A DNA stretch of 46,453 bases from Phoronis australis (taxonomy: Eukaryota > Animalia > Phoronida), in the NCBI GenBank assembly GCA_002633005.1, contig NMRA01000627.1:10895-57347 (forward strand), in the 5' to 3' direction. The notes under the pieces are model-generated. The model had not been told where the DNA came from, made no database searches, and was given only the letters and a program-made list of their open reading frames with translations. Every line of letters starts with the position of its first letter. Position 1 is the stretch's first letter. Positions 1-11,520 of the stretch are shown here, piece by piece. The position numbers were made by a program, and so were the translations under genes.

Positions 1-517
1 TCTTCAAAACCATATACACTCATGCTCGAAATTATATTTAAACATCACTGAGAGATGGGTCTCAATCTTGTTTTAATAAGTTCAAATGTATACTTTTTGA
101 TGCACTGAACCTCATTGTATTTAACACCTCAGATAAAACTTCAGAACATTGGAGGGTTTTGCAGGCATCACTTTAAAATGATTCAAACAAAATATGGTGT
201 TATTTTTTAACCACTTCTATGTTGTATTATAAAACTAACCTTTCACAAATATGCACCTACGTAAATGTAAACATAAGTTAAGTTTATTAAACCGTGTGAA
301 TGTGAGTGTAAATGAATGTATGAAAGTCCTCCCCTTCCCATTTGCATCCCCCTTTTACATTAATCTCAGCTAATTATTCTCCCAATCATTAGGAGTTATT
401 TCCCAGATACTTATTGTTCTATTTGTATGACGTATTGTCCTTTAGTATGTTGCAAAGATCAGTAGTTGGGGCCACCCAACCATGTCTGCTAATCACTAAC
501 GATATGCTTTCTGGGTA

Positions 518-759
518 TAAAAAAAATAATTGCAGGCTGTCTGATACACGTTGTACCAGACGTGCGCAGGCCTCGCATGTGGGCCCATTGCACTGATCAC
601 CTGGAAATATTTTCATGCTTTATTAATATATGGTTAAAACCGAGCTGAGGAGCTAGAAACCTGGCTCAAGGGTTTAGCAGTGTGACCTGGTGGGACTTGA
701 ACCCACGACCTCGAGTAAAGAAAGCGGGCACTTATCAACCAGGCCACACTGCTTCCTCG
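518..759 (-). mobile_element. tRNA-derived SINE, copy 1
   Basis: Minus-strand head with A-box-like TGGCCTGGTTGA and B-box GGTTCAAGTCC; 13-bp target-site duplication TGCTTTCTGGGTA at 505-517 and 760-772; homologous copies elsewhere in the window. Confidence 0.88.
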
Positions 760-1678
760 TGCTTTCTGGGTAAGTAAATGACCATTGAAAAAAATATAAA
801 AAAACTTGATGGTTCAGTGGCCTGTGAGCAAATGATACATAATATTCATCTTGCATAACAACTTAAAAGTATGTGACAATCAAATTAATTTAACTGTCGT
901 TTTGTAACACTTGATATTTGGACCACTCAATCCTATTATTTTTTTCCCAATGACATAACCAACTGAAGAATGACAACCTATCTTCTATATTACGACTACT
1001 GTTGCACAGATTCAATGCACATTTAAAATTATTTGCCTACAACACTTTACATTACTGTTAAAACAGTGGTTCAATGAAGGATATTTTTAACTTTCTCTCC
1101 ATAACAGGCGCATGCATGTGAGCTTATTTCCAAAATTTTGCACATCAATCAATAATTGCATTTACGGAAGATTTAGTCACATTCACTGAGATTTTCCAGG
1201 ACTCTCTTAATAGTGATATCATGCACTGTTAAATCCCAGAAACTGTGCCGAGTCCAGTAATAATCATAGTGAAAAAATATGCCTTCGATATAGTGATTTG
1301 AAATCATGCTCTGCAACTCTTCATCATTATATAAAGAGGTCTTGACCTTCAATCGAATCCGTTGTCATACGAGCCTGACTAAACAATGCATTCAGAGTGT
1401 TATAGTTTGTGGCATTCATTAGTAGCTTACAGATCGTATTATCGTTGAAATTGTCACAAATTTTCTACCACAGAAAATCTCACGCACATTAACACCAAAG
1501 GATAGACCATTTCATTAAATTTGAATAAAGGTTCAGCAGGTGAGTAATAATTAATTTTGTTCGAAGAGGTAGAGCACCCTCTATCACAGACAGGTTTTAG
1601 CTTTACGTACCTTCAGTATAACGAGAGCCATAGTATGGATTACACCAAAGAACACAATTCACAAGGCATCATACTTAC

Positions 1679-1846
1679 TGATATTGCAGTCTGATATATT
1701 TGAGCTGGCTACACTAGACGTGATGTAGTCTACAGGACACAAACTACACATGTCAAACTTGAAGTCTCCATTTGTCTTGTAATAACCAATACTGCAGGGT
1801 ATACAGCTACCAGATGAGTTCTTCTCATAACCAGGTTGACAGAATG
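1679..1846 (-). CDS. Exon 21; ephrin-receptor-like repeat 6 (gene continues beyond)
   Basis: cag|...|gtaagt, phase 1->1: FCQPGYEKNSSGSCIPCSIGYYKTNGDFKFDMCSLCPVDYITSSVASSNISDCNI; absent from the ORF track. Confidence 0.92.
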
Positions 1847-2099
1847 CTGTAAAGTGATAAAGTAATTATATTATAAGTGGCAGCAATAAATATGTTTTAA
1901 TCAGTTTAACCTACACCACTTCAAATGAAATAAAGTTCAGAAAAACAAAACCTTGAGTTTATGAAATTTCTAGCTTTTACAAGTCAGAGCAGCAAAAGGC
2001 ACTGATATGTTTACATATGCATCATAAACAGAACATTTGTAGGATTGGTAACAAGCTTCATGGATTGAACATAGTTGTCAAAGTCCGCTCAATTACATG

Positions 2100-2464
2100 G
2101 AATGAATCTTTAAGAACTAAAACTAAAGGCAATACTACTAATAGAATACCATTCATAACTATGTTCAATCCATGTTTAAATGGAATTAGCCACGTCTTCA
2201 AAAAACATCTTTCCACGCTGCATATTTCCCCTCAAATGAAAAACCTATTTCCTCATCCACCTATAATTTCTTGGAGAAAATGTAAAAATCTAAAAAATTA
2301 TTTAGTTAAAGCTAATATCGACAATATACACCAAACTGACAAACCTATTGGCAACACACAATGTAACAAAACTAGGTGTAAAATGTGTAACTTCATCAAC
2401 GATAGCACTTTTTTCCAGTCTTCCCAAACCAATGAAAACTTTGAAATAAAACATTATTCTGATT
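2100..2464 (+). mobile_element. Penelope-like retroelement fragment (Neptune-type RT-endonuclease linker)
   Basis: ORF 2017-2580 contains RIPFITMFNP...PPIISWRKCKNLKNYLVKA...CNKTRCKMC, typical of the region just upstream of the GIY-YIG domain; runs into an assembly gap. Confidence 0.8.
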
Positions 2465-2573
2465 NNNNNNNNNNNNNNNNNNNNNNNNNNNNNNNNNNNN
2501 NNNNNNNNNNNNNNNNNNNNNNNNNNNNNNNNNNNNNNNNNNNNNNNNNNNNNNNNNNNNNNNNNNNNNNNNN
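2465..2573. other. Assembly gap (109 N)
   Basis: Run of N. Confidence 1.
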
Positions 2574-2654
2574 TAACTAACAATTACTATTTCAAGAACA
2601 ACACTACGAACAAGATGGTAAAAATTGAATGAACTACACAGCCACCCCACTTAC

Positions 2655-2840
2655 ATATGGTGCATTCAGAAGCTAATTTGGCTCCCTCTGTTGGCGAAAC
2701 CATGGCAACACTAGCATTACTGGATGGACATGTCTGACATTTTGACATGTATCCATCTTCTTTATTACTGCGATACTTCTCCACAGGACACTTTGTACAG
2801 TTCTCCTGGCCAGATACTTCTTCACCATCAGGACAGAAAA
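2655..2840 (-). CDS. Exon 20; ephrin-receptor-like repeat 5
   Basis: cag|...|gtaagt, phase 1->1: FFCPDGEEVSGQENCTKCPVEKYRSNKEDGYMSKCQTCPSSNASVAMVSPTEGAKLASECTI. Confidence 0.92.
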
Positions 2841-3408
2841 CTGAAACACAAACACTGACATTCACAGCAGGGCCCTAATCTGCATAGAGCAAAGAAAAAA
2901 ACACACAAATGACTATACCTTGTTTTCTTTGAACCCCACTTTTAGCAAAAGCTCGAGGCTCAAAGCGCGTATCTTTGAACGAGATGATTCAGCAAACCCA
3001 CTGACACTTCAAGGTTCATTCAAAGATAGCAGGAATTAGGTATTTGACTGCCATTTCTGAACTATCCATTCAGTGGATTGTTCACAAAAATTTCAAAGCT
3101 GCACTGCGTACTACAGTGTAGTCTTTTACTTTAGCATATAAAAGCAACATAATACGACATACTTGTGTGACCTGCCAGCGCATGACGAAATTGCACAAGC
3201 TCTTTCTCTTTGTTCTGGGGCCCATGAGCCAAAGATGATTTCCTTCACTGAGAAAAGACCTTTGGCATGACTCTGGCTTTTATTCATGAAGGAAAGCACA
3301 TTCAACCGATTGTGTTTCCTAACATTTGCAGCATGGGCATCTGTGAAGTCAAGGCAGCAGCAAATATGTATTAATTAGGAATTATGATGTAACAAAGTCT
3401 AAACTTAC

Positions 3409-3573
3409 AATAGCAAGCTGATTTGTCTGTCTGTCCTGTATTGTTTGTACGATAACTTGCTCCTCCACATGACAAACAATATGTCTTCCATCGTTCAGGT
3501 TGGTATTTTCCAATAGGACACGGCAGACAAGTGTTGTTTGACTCATGCAGGTAAGACCCGGGCTCACAGGCTC
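3409..3573 (-). CDS. Exon 19; ephrin-receptor-like repeat 4
   Basis: tag|...|gtaagt, phase 1->1: RACEPGSYLHESNNTCLPCPIGKYQPERWKTYCLSCGGASYRTNNTGQTDKSACY. Confidence 0.93.
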
Positions 3574-4143
3574 CTAAACACGACACAATTCTTAATATGG
3601 AAATAATCATTTACTCACTGCTTACCTACCAAGCATTTGCTAAATGGAATATGATAAAATGAAACAAAATGTATAATCATAGAACAAAATTAAAAAGACA
3701 TCATATTTGTGCTTGTGTTTGCATAAACCAATTAATTACAAGTTTCCGACAGACCAGCAAAAACTTCTAATTGAAGAGAACATCAGGTAAATTTAATAAA
3801 AACACACTACATAATCAGAATCTCCAAAAGTGCAGTCAACCAGTTATTTGGAGCAATATATTCAACACTCCAAGTCATCAATCTACAATGTAATCAACAA
3901 GACTGGAATGTTGAACTACAGGACAGACTTGAGGAATCTTGAGATTGAATTCACTATTTCCATTTGGTAAATAATGAACCTTGCTGTGAGTACAAGGCTA
4001 AAGCCTAGAGTCTACGGAAAGCAAGCCACATGTGCATTCTTTAGAGGCGAGAATCTCTTTGACGCACTGACTCAAAGAAATACATCCCAAACTATACAGT
4101 TCACACACTATGTCAACAATATACTGTAGCCACAGTGCACTAT

Positions 4144-4575
4144 TTAGTAACAGTGCAATCTCCAAATGCCCTTGGCCCTTTATTTGGTGTGATATACCTA
4201 ACGCCACACAATTCATACACTGTGTCAACACTCTACTGTAATCACAGCTCACTACTTACTAACAGTACAATCCCCAGACGTCTTTGACCCATTATATGGT
4301 GTGATATATCCAGCATCACACAGTTTATACACTGTGTCAACACTCTATTGTAATCACAGCTTACTACTTACTAACAGTACAATCCCCAGACGTCTTTGAC
4401 CCATTATTAGGTGTGATATATCCAGCATCACACAATTCATACACTGTGTCAACACTCTACTGTAATCACAGCTTACTACTTACTAACGGTACAATCTCCA
4501 GACGTATTTGACCCATTATTAGGTGTGATATATCCAGCATCACACGGTTCACACTCCAAGTCAACACCTCTTGTT
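4144..4575 (-). repeat. 112-bp tandem repeat made from the 3' half of exon 18 plus its splice donor
   Basis: The motif TTACTAAC(A/G)GTACAATC recurs at 4480, 4368 and 4256, and in degenerate form at 4144 (period 112). Confidence 0.9.
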
Positions 4576-4645
4576 CTGTAGGTACCAATAGGGCAGACAG
4601 AGCAGGAACCATCATTTTCCAGTTGTGTCCCATCAGGACAGATAC
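4484..4645 (-). CDS. Exon 18; ephrin-receptor-like repeat 3
   Basis: cag|...|gtaagt, phase 1->1: SICPDGTQLENDGSCSVCPIGTYRTRGVDLECEPCDAGYITPNNGSNTSGDCTV. Confidence 0.92.
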
Positions 4646-5289
4646 CTGTCAAAACACAACTCAAGATAAGCAACACAAACTCAACTATTAAAAGCAAATG
4701 AATGGACAGGAGTGGAGATAGTTCAAATAGTGAACATTTCAAACTTTTTCATCTATTTGTGCTGAATAACATTGTAACCATTGAAACAAGTCAATACTGA
4801 AGAAAATAAAATATGTATGAGCAAACAGGGTTCTGTACCTCCCCAGCTGAAGCAGTGTATTAAGAAAACACAAATCTAAGGTTTAATTCTATATTGTAAT
4901 AAACAATAAAGTTCATTCCCTCGTCCGTTTCACAGGTCCGTGTACTTCGTCCATAGAGTTGTACAAGAACTGCTGGCATCACGAACACTGATCTACAGTG
5001 TTCCTTTTGTGTGTAGCGGGGCAATTACTGCATTACTTCTTAGTAGTAAAACACTGACTGAATTAAATATCATAATAATTACACGATTTGGATAGATTGC
5101 ATAGTTGTAAACCAGTATCACATGGTCACAGCTGATGTTAATGCCATTTCAAACTTTGTTTCACAATTTTTTTCTTGTAGTTGCAATTACTTCATTAAGA
5201 TTTGAATCTGTTTTCTCTCGTTTCGCAAGCCTTGACTTTATACCACTATTAGGCCACCAGTATGTTATCTAATTACCTTGAAGGTCTTT

Positions 5290-6395
5290 TAAGCCTTTTT
5301 ATGCCATAAATAAAGTAGTTACCAATCACCGACTTGTTTGTGTTACCTAATTTTTGAGCCCATGCTGTGCCCTTTGTTGAGGGTACTGGCCGTAACCTTC
5401 GTGTCACGTGGTCATTAGTGGGTGGTCCTTGGTGGTTGTTCAACCCCTCTTGGAGGTTTTTACTTGAGAGGACTGAGGTGCTGATAAAAAGCTGGTAATG
5501 CATATCCACTGTATCTACTCATGATTTCGACTCCTTCTCTGATTTTCCAATTCCAATAGTTACTTTTTCTATAGTATTTTCACTGTAGGTTTGCAAATGT
5601 TGTGTGATGTGTCCATATGGTGTTTTCCTAGGGCTGTACTGCTGCCAGATGATAACTGAAGTGTTCTATTAGTCTGGCACCTACATTTTGATCCATCTCG
5701 CCAACATATTTGGCAGGACATTCAGGACATTCAATCACGTATATCACCCCTCACTTCTTATTAACGCATGACTTGCCCTTCAGGTGGACAAAGACACTCC
5801 GAAAGAGTGTTGAATGGTTTGTGGTAGGTGCCGAATGGTGTTCTCTGGAGATGTTAGACAGTTTTTCTGAGAGACTGTGAAGGCATGGAAGGGCGACAAA
5901 TTGGATCTGGGATCGAACATACAGTCGGAGTAGTCATTGCCAAGTAACACATGTTTAATTCTAGTCAACTCCAGCTGCTTGTAACCTTCCTCTGTTACTA
6001 ATTGTCCAGCTCTTGCATGTACACACGGCTGAGCTTTTATGGTGGAGATGATGGTTTGAGCATAAATTCAGGTACAGATCCGTGTGGGTAGGTTTACGGT
6101 AGATAGTGACATTCATACTGTAGTCCTGTTTGATATGTATGCATGTGTCAAGAGAAGAAAGTTTGTCATTCGATGGGTGCTCAGTGGTAAACCTGATGTG
6201 AGGGTCCACAGAGTTGATGTTATATCAGATCTAAAAATTCACTTAAGTAGTACTGCTTGACAAAGGTGTCGTCTACGTAGCAGTTCCACGGTAATGGGGG
6301 ATGGTAAGTCGTAGCGATGGTCTAGTTTCAAAACTTTCCACGTACAGATTAGCTACAGCGGGGCTAATGGGTGAGTCCATGGCAGCACCTGGTTT
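5290..6395 (-). mobile_element. Decayed Penelope-like element (RT + GIY-YIG + 3' terminal region)
   Basis: Minus-strand motifs GAAMDSPISPAVANLYVE, YVDDTFV, IRFTTE...IYRKPTHTDLYL...SNHH and GVIYVIECPECPAKYVGE, with many stops and frameshifts. Confidence 0.9.
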
Positions 6396-6439
6396 GACCC
6401 GAAGGAATTTCAAGGACCCTGATTTTTTACTGTCGAACA

Positions 6440-6960
6440 TTTTCAGAGAACAACAGGTGGGCAACTACCACAAAGCGTTCTACACCCTACGGAGTGCCTT
6501 GGTCCACTCGAAAGGCAAGTCAGATGACAACAAGAAATGTTGGGTGATATAGAAGATTTAATGCCGATTGTCCTGCCAAACATGTTGGTGAGACCGCACG
6601 GAATCTATACAGAAACCAAACACCTGACAACCCTAAAGGATGCTGTAGAACACTGTATGGACACATCACACATTTGTATACCTACAGTCAAAATAATAGG
6701 GAATTGGAAACCACAAGCAATAAACCAAAATTGAACAGGGACAGTGAATATATGAATTACCAGCTATTTACTAGCGCCTCCTTGCAAGTAACAGTCACCA
6801 GATGGGGTTGGACAACCACCAAGGACCACCCACTGATGATCGTGTGACATGAAGATTCCAGCCAGTATCCCGACGAAGTGCCCAGGACGGCTTGAAAGTT
6901 AAGTCCATAATACAAAACAAGTCGATGACAGGTTACTACTTTATCCCCTATACAATGAAA
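6440..6960 (+). mobile_element. Inverted partial copy of the same Penelope-like element (GIY-YIG + 3' end)
   Basis: Plus-strand TLRSALVHSKGK...VI..DCPAKHVGETARNL; 6800-6945 is a diverged reverse complement of 5305-5450 (shared CAACCACCAAGGACCACCCACT). Confidence 0.85.
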
Positions 6961-6977
6961 CAGCGACAGCTATCAAA

Positions 6978-8930
6978 AACAAGAGCAACGCAGAGCGTTG
7001 AAATGCGCCCACATTTGCACCGTATATGGTATCCTTCTAGGGTTGTTTATTGGTACCATAAAGTGGCCAGTAGAGGGCATATATGTAGTATGTTGTACTT
7101 TGCAAAATGGAAAGGCATGGTCATTGTCTCCTCAATAGGCTAGGGGCAAAATGTGAGTGATCTTCATAATACAAGCACATCCTATACATCAGTTGCTTAA
7201 AGCACCACAGAAACATAGAATTAAAAACAAATTTACCAACATACGAGATTAGCACAGCATTAGAATGCCAGAAACAAATTTCTACTTGGAACTTTTCCTT
7301 CATAGTCACGAAGTAACACAAAGTATACACCTGAAGACCTATGAAAATACAGAGGTCAATGTAAAATACTAAAATTGCCACTAGAGGCATACCGGTAGTC
7401 AGAATCATCCTAAAGTCGTCATCGTCCGTTGTCAACATCACATAAATACACTTGCTAAATTTAGTAAAGATCCTGCAAACGGTTTGGGAGATACAGCCAT
7501 GGGCGCAAAAAAAAAAAACTGCCACTAGGAGGCGCCACAGTAGTCCAAATCGTCTGAAAATCATTGTCAGCTGTCTTCCTTATAGTAAGCACATACACGC
7601 CAATTTTCACAATCATCCTTTGAGCGGTTTGGTTGATAGAGGGGTGGACGCAAAAATACAGACTCGAAAACAGTAAAAATGGCCACTAGGTGGCGCAAAC
7701 TACGTCGAATCCATCTGAAAACAGTAGGATAGCGTCATCTCACTAATAGGTGCCTACATACCAAATTTCATGAAAATCCGTTCAATACTTTTGAAGATAC
7801 AAAGGTAAGCGTAAAAAACTAAAATTGCCACTAGGGGGCACACCGGTAGTCGGATCCGACCAAAAGTCGTCATCTTCCGTTGTTAACATCATATAAATAT
7901 ACTTACACAATTTGTAAAGATCCTGCGAACGGTTTAGGAGATACAGCCATAGGCGCAAAAAAACAAAACTGCCACTAGGAGGCGCCACAGTAGTCGAAAT
8001 CGTCGGAAAATCATCGTCAACCATCCTCTACATAGTAAGCATATACATGCCAATTTTCACAATCATCCTTTGAGCGGTTTGGTTGATAGAGGGGTGGACG
8101 CACAAAAACAGACTCGAAAACACTAAAAATGGCCACTAGGTGGCGCAAACTATGTCGAATCCATCTGAAAACGGGAGGATAGCGTCATCTCACTAATAGG
8201 TGCCTACATACCAAATTTCATGAAAATCCAATAAGGACTTGTGAAGATACAAAGGTAAGCGTAAAAAAATTAAAATTGCCACTAGGGGGCACACCGGTAG
8301 TCGGATCCGTCCAAAAGTCGTCATCTTCCGTTGTTAACATCATATAAATATACTTACACAATTTCGTAAAGATCCTGCGAACGGTTTAGGAGATACAGCC
8401 ATAGGCGCAAAAAAAAAAAAACTGCCACTAGGAGGCGCCACAGTAGTCGAAATCGTCGGAAAATCATCGTCAACCGTCCTCTACATAGTAAGCACATACA
8501 TGCCAATTTTCACAATCATCCTTTGAGCGGTTTGGTTGATAGAGGGGTGGAAGCACAAAAACAGACTCGAAAACACTAAAAATGGCCACTAGGTGGCGCA
8601 AACTATGTCGAATCCATCTGAAAACGGCAGGATAGCGTCATCTCACTACTAGGTGCCTACATACCAAATTTCATGAAAATCCGTTCAGGACTTTTGAAGA
8701 TACAAAGGTAAGCGTAAAAAACTAAAATTGCCACTAGGGGGCACACCGGTAGTCGGATCCGTCCGAAAGTTCGCACATGCCGTCCCATTCGTGAATGGAA
8801 CATATGTGCCAAATTTCATGAACGTATATCAAAGGGTTTTGGAGATAGAGCAGCGGACGCCAGACGCCGCGCAGACAGACGGACGGAGATGACGGCATAA
8901 TGCGTCCATATAAATATGTGGGCGCATAAA
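6978..8930. mobile_element. Non-autonomous pearl/HINE-type (Helentron-associated) element with internal tandem array
   Basis: Terminal stem-loop CAACGC-AGA-GCGTTG; subterminal inverted repeat ATGCGCCCACAT (7003-7014) / ATGTGGGCGCAT (8916-8927); ACAG/ACGG microsatellite near 8872-8886; A-run flanks; internal ~451-bp repeats. Confidence 0.75.
7345..8770. repeat. ~451-bp tandem repeat, about 3.2 copies, each made of three ~150-bp subunits
   Basis: AAAATTGCCACTAG at 7371, 7821, 8272 and 8724; the CCACTAG-GG motif recurs every ~150 bp. Confidence 0.95.
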
Positions 8931-9161
8931 AATTGCAGGCAGTCTGATACACGTTGTACCAGATGTGTGCAGACCGCGCATGTGGGCCCATTGCACCGAT
9001 CACCTGGAACTATTTTTGTGCTTTATTAATGTATAGTAAAAACCGAGCTGAGGAGATAGAAACTTTACTCAAGGGTCTAGCAGTGTAGCCCAGTGGAACT
9101 TGAACCCACGACCTCGAGTGAGAAGGCGGGCACCTATCACACTAGACCACACTGCCTCCTC
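8931..9161 (-). mobile_element. tRNA-derived SINE, copy 2
   Basis: Close homologue of 518-759, with B-box GGTTCAAGTTCC; TSD CAGCTATCAA at 9165-9174 and 6967-6976. Confidence 0.88.
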
Positions 9162-9359
9162 CGTCAGCTATCAACATTCAGTCTGTCATTTTTATGTCAT
9201 CTGGTTTCTGATGTCATATTCATTTAACAATGGTATGTTATAAGCCACGAAGTGAATACAAACCTGCATCAAAGCATCACAGTTCCCACCATCACAATAT
9301 TACACATAATGTTCATGCATCTCATACAACTGAACAACTAACGCTAAAGCTTAACTCAC

Positions 9360-9521
9360 TGAAGCACTGGTCAACTGAGATAGAGCTGCTTGATGCTGTA
9401 GTGTTTTCCCCAGGACATGAAGTACAGCTGAACTGTCCAGTTAAACTCTGGTAATATCCTACAGGACATGGCTTGCAGTCCTCACTTGTTCTACTGTAGT
9501 AATAACCAGCTGAACACACCT
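9360..9521 (-). CDS. Exon 17; ephrin-receptor-like repeat 2
   Basis: cag|...|gtgagt, phase 1->1: EVCSAGYYYSRTSEDCKPCPVGYYQSLTGQFSCTSCPGENTTASSSSISVDQCF. Confidence 0.93.
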
Positions 9522-9659
9522 CTGTAATGACCAAATCAACACCATTCATCATAGACACATGCTATGGGAGCCAGTAGTGTTACCTCACGGACACCCTGAA
9601 CAATTTAGCCATAAACAGTTGAAAAATATGTGTGTGATGGACAAAAACAGCACAGCTCA

Positions 9660-9835
9660 GCTTAGCCATGTAACAGGATGCAGTAAAAGCCTCTTTTCAG
9701 ACATGATGCAAAACCAAATTTTCGTGTTATAGTCAGGTATAAGAAATTACAGTGTTTTTTCAACCCCAAATCGGATTCAAAATCCTGACCCCAGCAATGA
9801 CAGTCCAATGCTTTGCTCCGGCACCAAACAACCAT
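9660..9835 (-). mobile_element. Possible degenerate tRNA-derived SINE of a second family
   Basis: Minus strand shows TGGTG.. then an anticodon-loop-like GGACTGTCATT and a decayed B-box (TTTGAATCC); single copy in the window. Confidence 0.35.
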
Positions 9836-10057
9836 CTGAAAATATTTCATGTGTACTTAACTGATGAAGTCACCAACCTTCTTTCAACAAATTATTCGCA
9901 GTTGAAACACATTGAAAATTGGCAATTTATAATGTTGGTCTAAACTAATAACTTCAATAAGTCTATCTCAATAATAACATTTACTGTAATAAAATCAAAT
10001 ATCCCTTTAAAGCTACAAAATCTATACTCACAGAATTTCGAACAGTCTCTCAAATTA

Positions 10058-11520
10058 CCATATTCGCCCTAACAAGCACCCATGCCCCTATAAGTGCCTC
10101 CACGCGTTTTCAGACTTTGCCGAGCACCAAGTCCATGAACGCCATGTACATGCAAAAAATGCTTTACCTGCAGTTCTAAAATTCTACAGTAACGTCTTAA
10201 ATTTATCAATAAGATCCGAAAGTCCTTGTGAGCGGAATTTGTAGACCACGAGCCTCGCCACTATTTCTGTATTTAGCCGTGACTATACACTTCAAACTTC
10301 CGTGCTTCAAAAAAATGCATAAATTTTGCTGATGTTGCGAGGGACGTGTCCTATTTAATGGTCTGGCCTTTCAGAACAGACGTAGCGTACTTGTCAAAGG
10401 GATTGTATTGTATCTTTCCCATACAAATCTTCTCCTTCAACAGGAATCCAGATTTCTTTATACACATGAAAACCGTGAATCGAAAACTAATAAAAACTTG
10501 ACCTTTGTTAAAAGCATGTGGCCAGGAAGCGCGCCCTACATTCAAGTACCTGTCATCGAAGATTAGTCTTCGGGAACTATCTATTCATGAAATGGGTAGC
10601 ATAGCATCGCAAGAAATAAATACTGCCACTTATTTCCAAGTTTCTAATACCGTAAAAAACGTTTGCGTTATTTTTAGGAGGAATTATTAAATTTGTCGTA
10701 ACTAGTGTTTTTATAGTCAAAATGACCCTCTGACAGTGAAAACTTCCGCACCCTTAGACCCCCCTGAATCTCCTGAAAAATAACTGTTAAGACTGTCACG
10801 CATCCAGTCACCCGGCGACTCAATGACATCAGCCCAACCGAGACAATTCAAGAATGTTATTTAGCAGATGGGATCAACAAGTGTTAAACAAAACACGTTC
10901 TACTTTACTGCTTGTGTTACTTTCTTTACATAGTTACAATGCACACCTAGATCATTGCATTGTGTTTACTGTGGCAAATGAACTCTGATAACACGAACGC
11001 GCTTGCCCACTCACACACGGAGACGAACTTCAAAACAAACATCATGTGTTTTCGTCCAGAGATTTTTCTCATGTTTCGGAGTACGATCTAGCGCAGATTT
11101 GAACTTAATATACAGTTAGTCCCGACTCCACAGAAACTTAAAAATCTTAGGGATGCTATTTTGAAAACTTAAGGAGGACTTCAGGTAATTTGTTGAGTCC
11201 AAACTAATTAGTATATTTTTACTCAAGAATTTAAGTTGACCTATTGCAATCGCGAGGCAGCGACGTATCATTCGGCGAGTTTTTGCACTGGGATTTTCTG
11301 AAAAATCCTCGTAATTTAACAACAAAGTTTGATAGCAACGCACTGCAATTTTGTAGAAACTGTGTCATAGGTTACAGATGCGTCACAGAGCATAAATTTG
11401 ATGAATTTTAGCTTACGATTTCACCTGTTTCAGAGACTGGGTTTCAACCACTTTTGGGCTATAATAAGTGCCCCCCTTCCAATTTTTCAAGTGCCTGGGC
11501 GCTTATTAGGGCGAATACGG
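10058..11520. mobile_element. Non-autonomous Tc1/mariner-pogo-like DNA transposon
   Basis: TIRs CCATATTCGCCCTAACAAGCACCCA and reverse complement CCGTATTCGCCCTAATAAGCGCCCA; TA on both sides (10056-57, 11521-22); no transposase ORF. Confidence 0.85.

Noticed and set aside
685-759. Functional tRNA gene
   Set aside because: A/B boxes are present, but there is no clean cloverleaf, and it is fused to a repeated body with TSDs; it is a SINE head.
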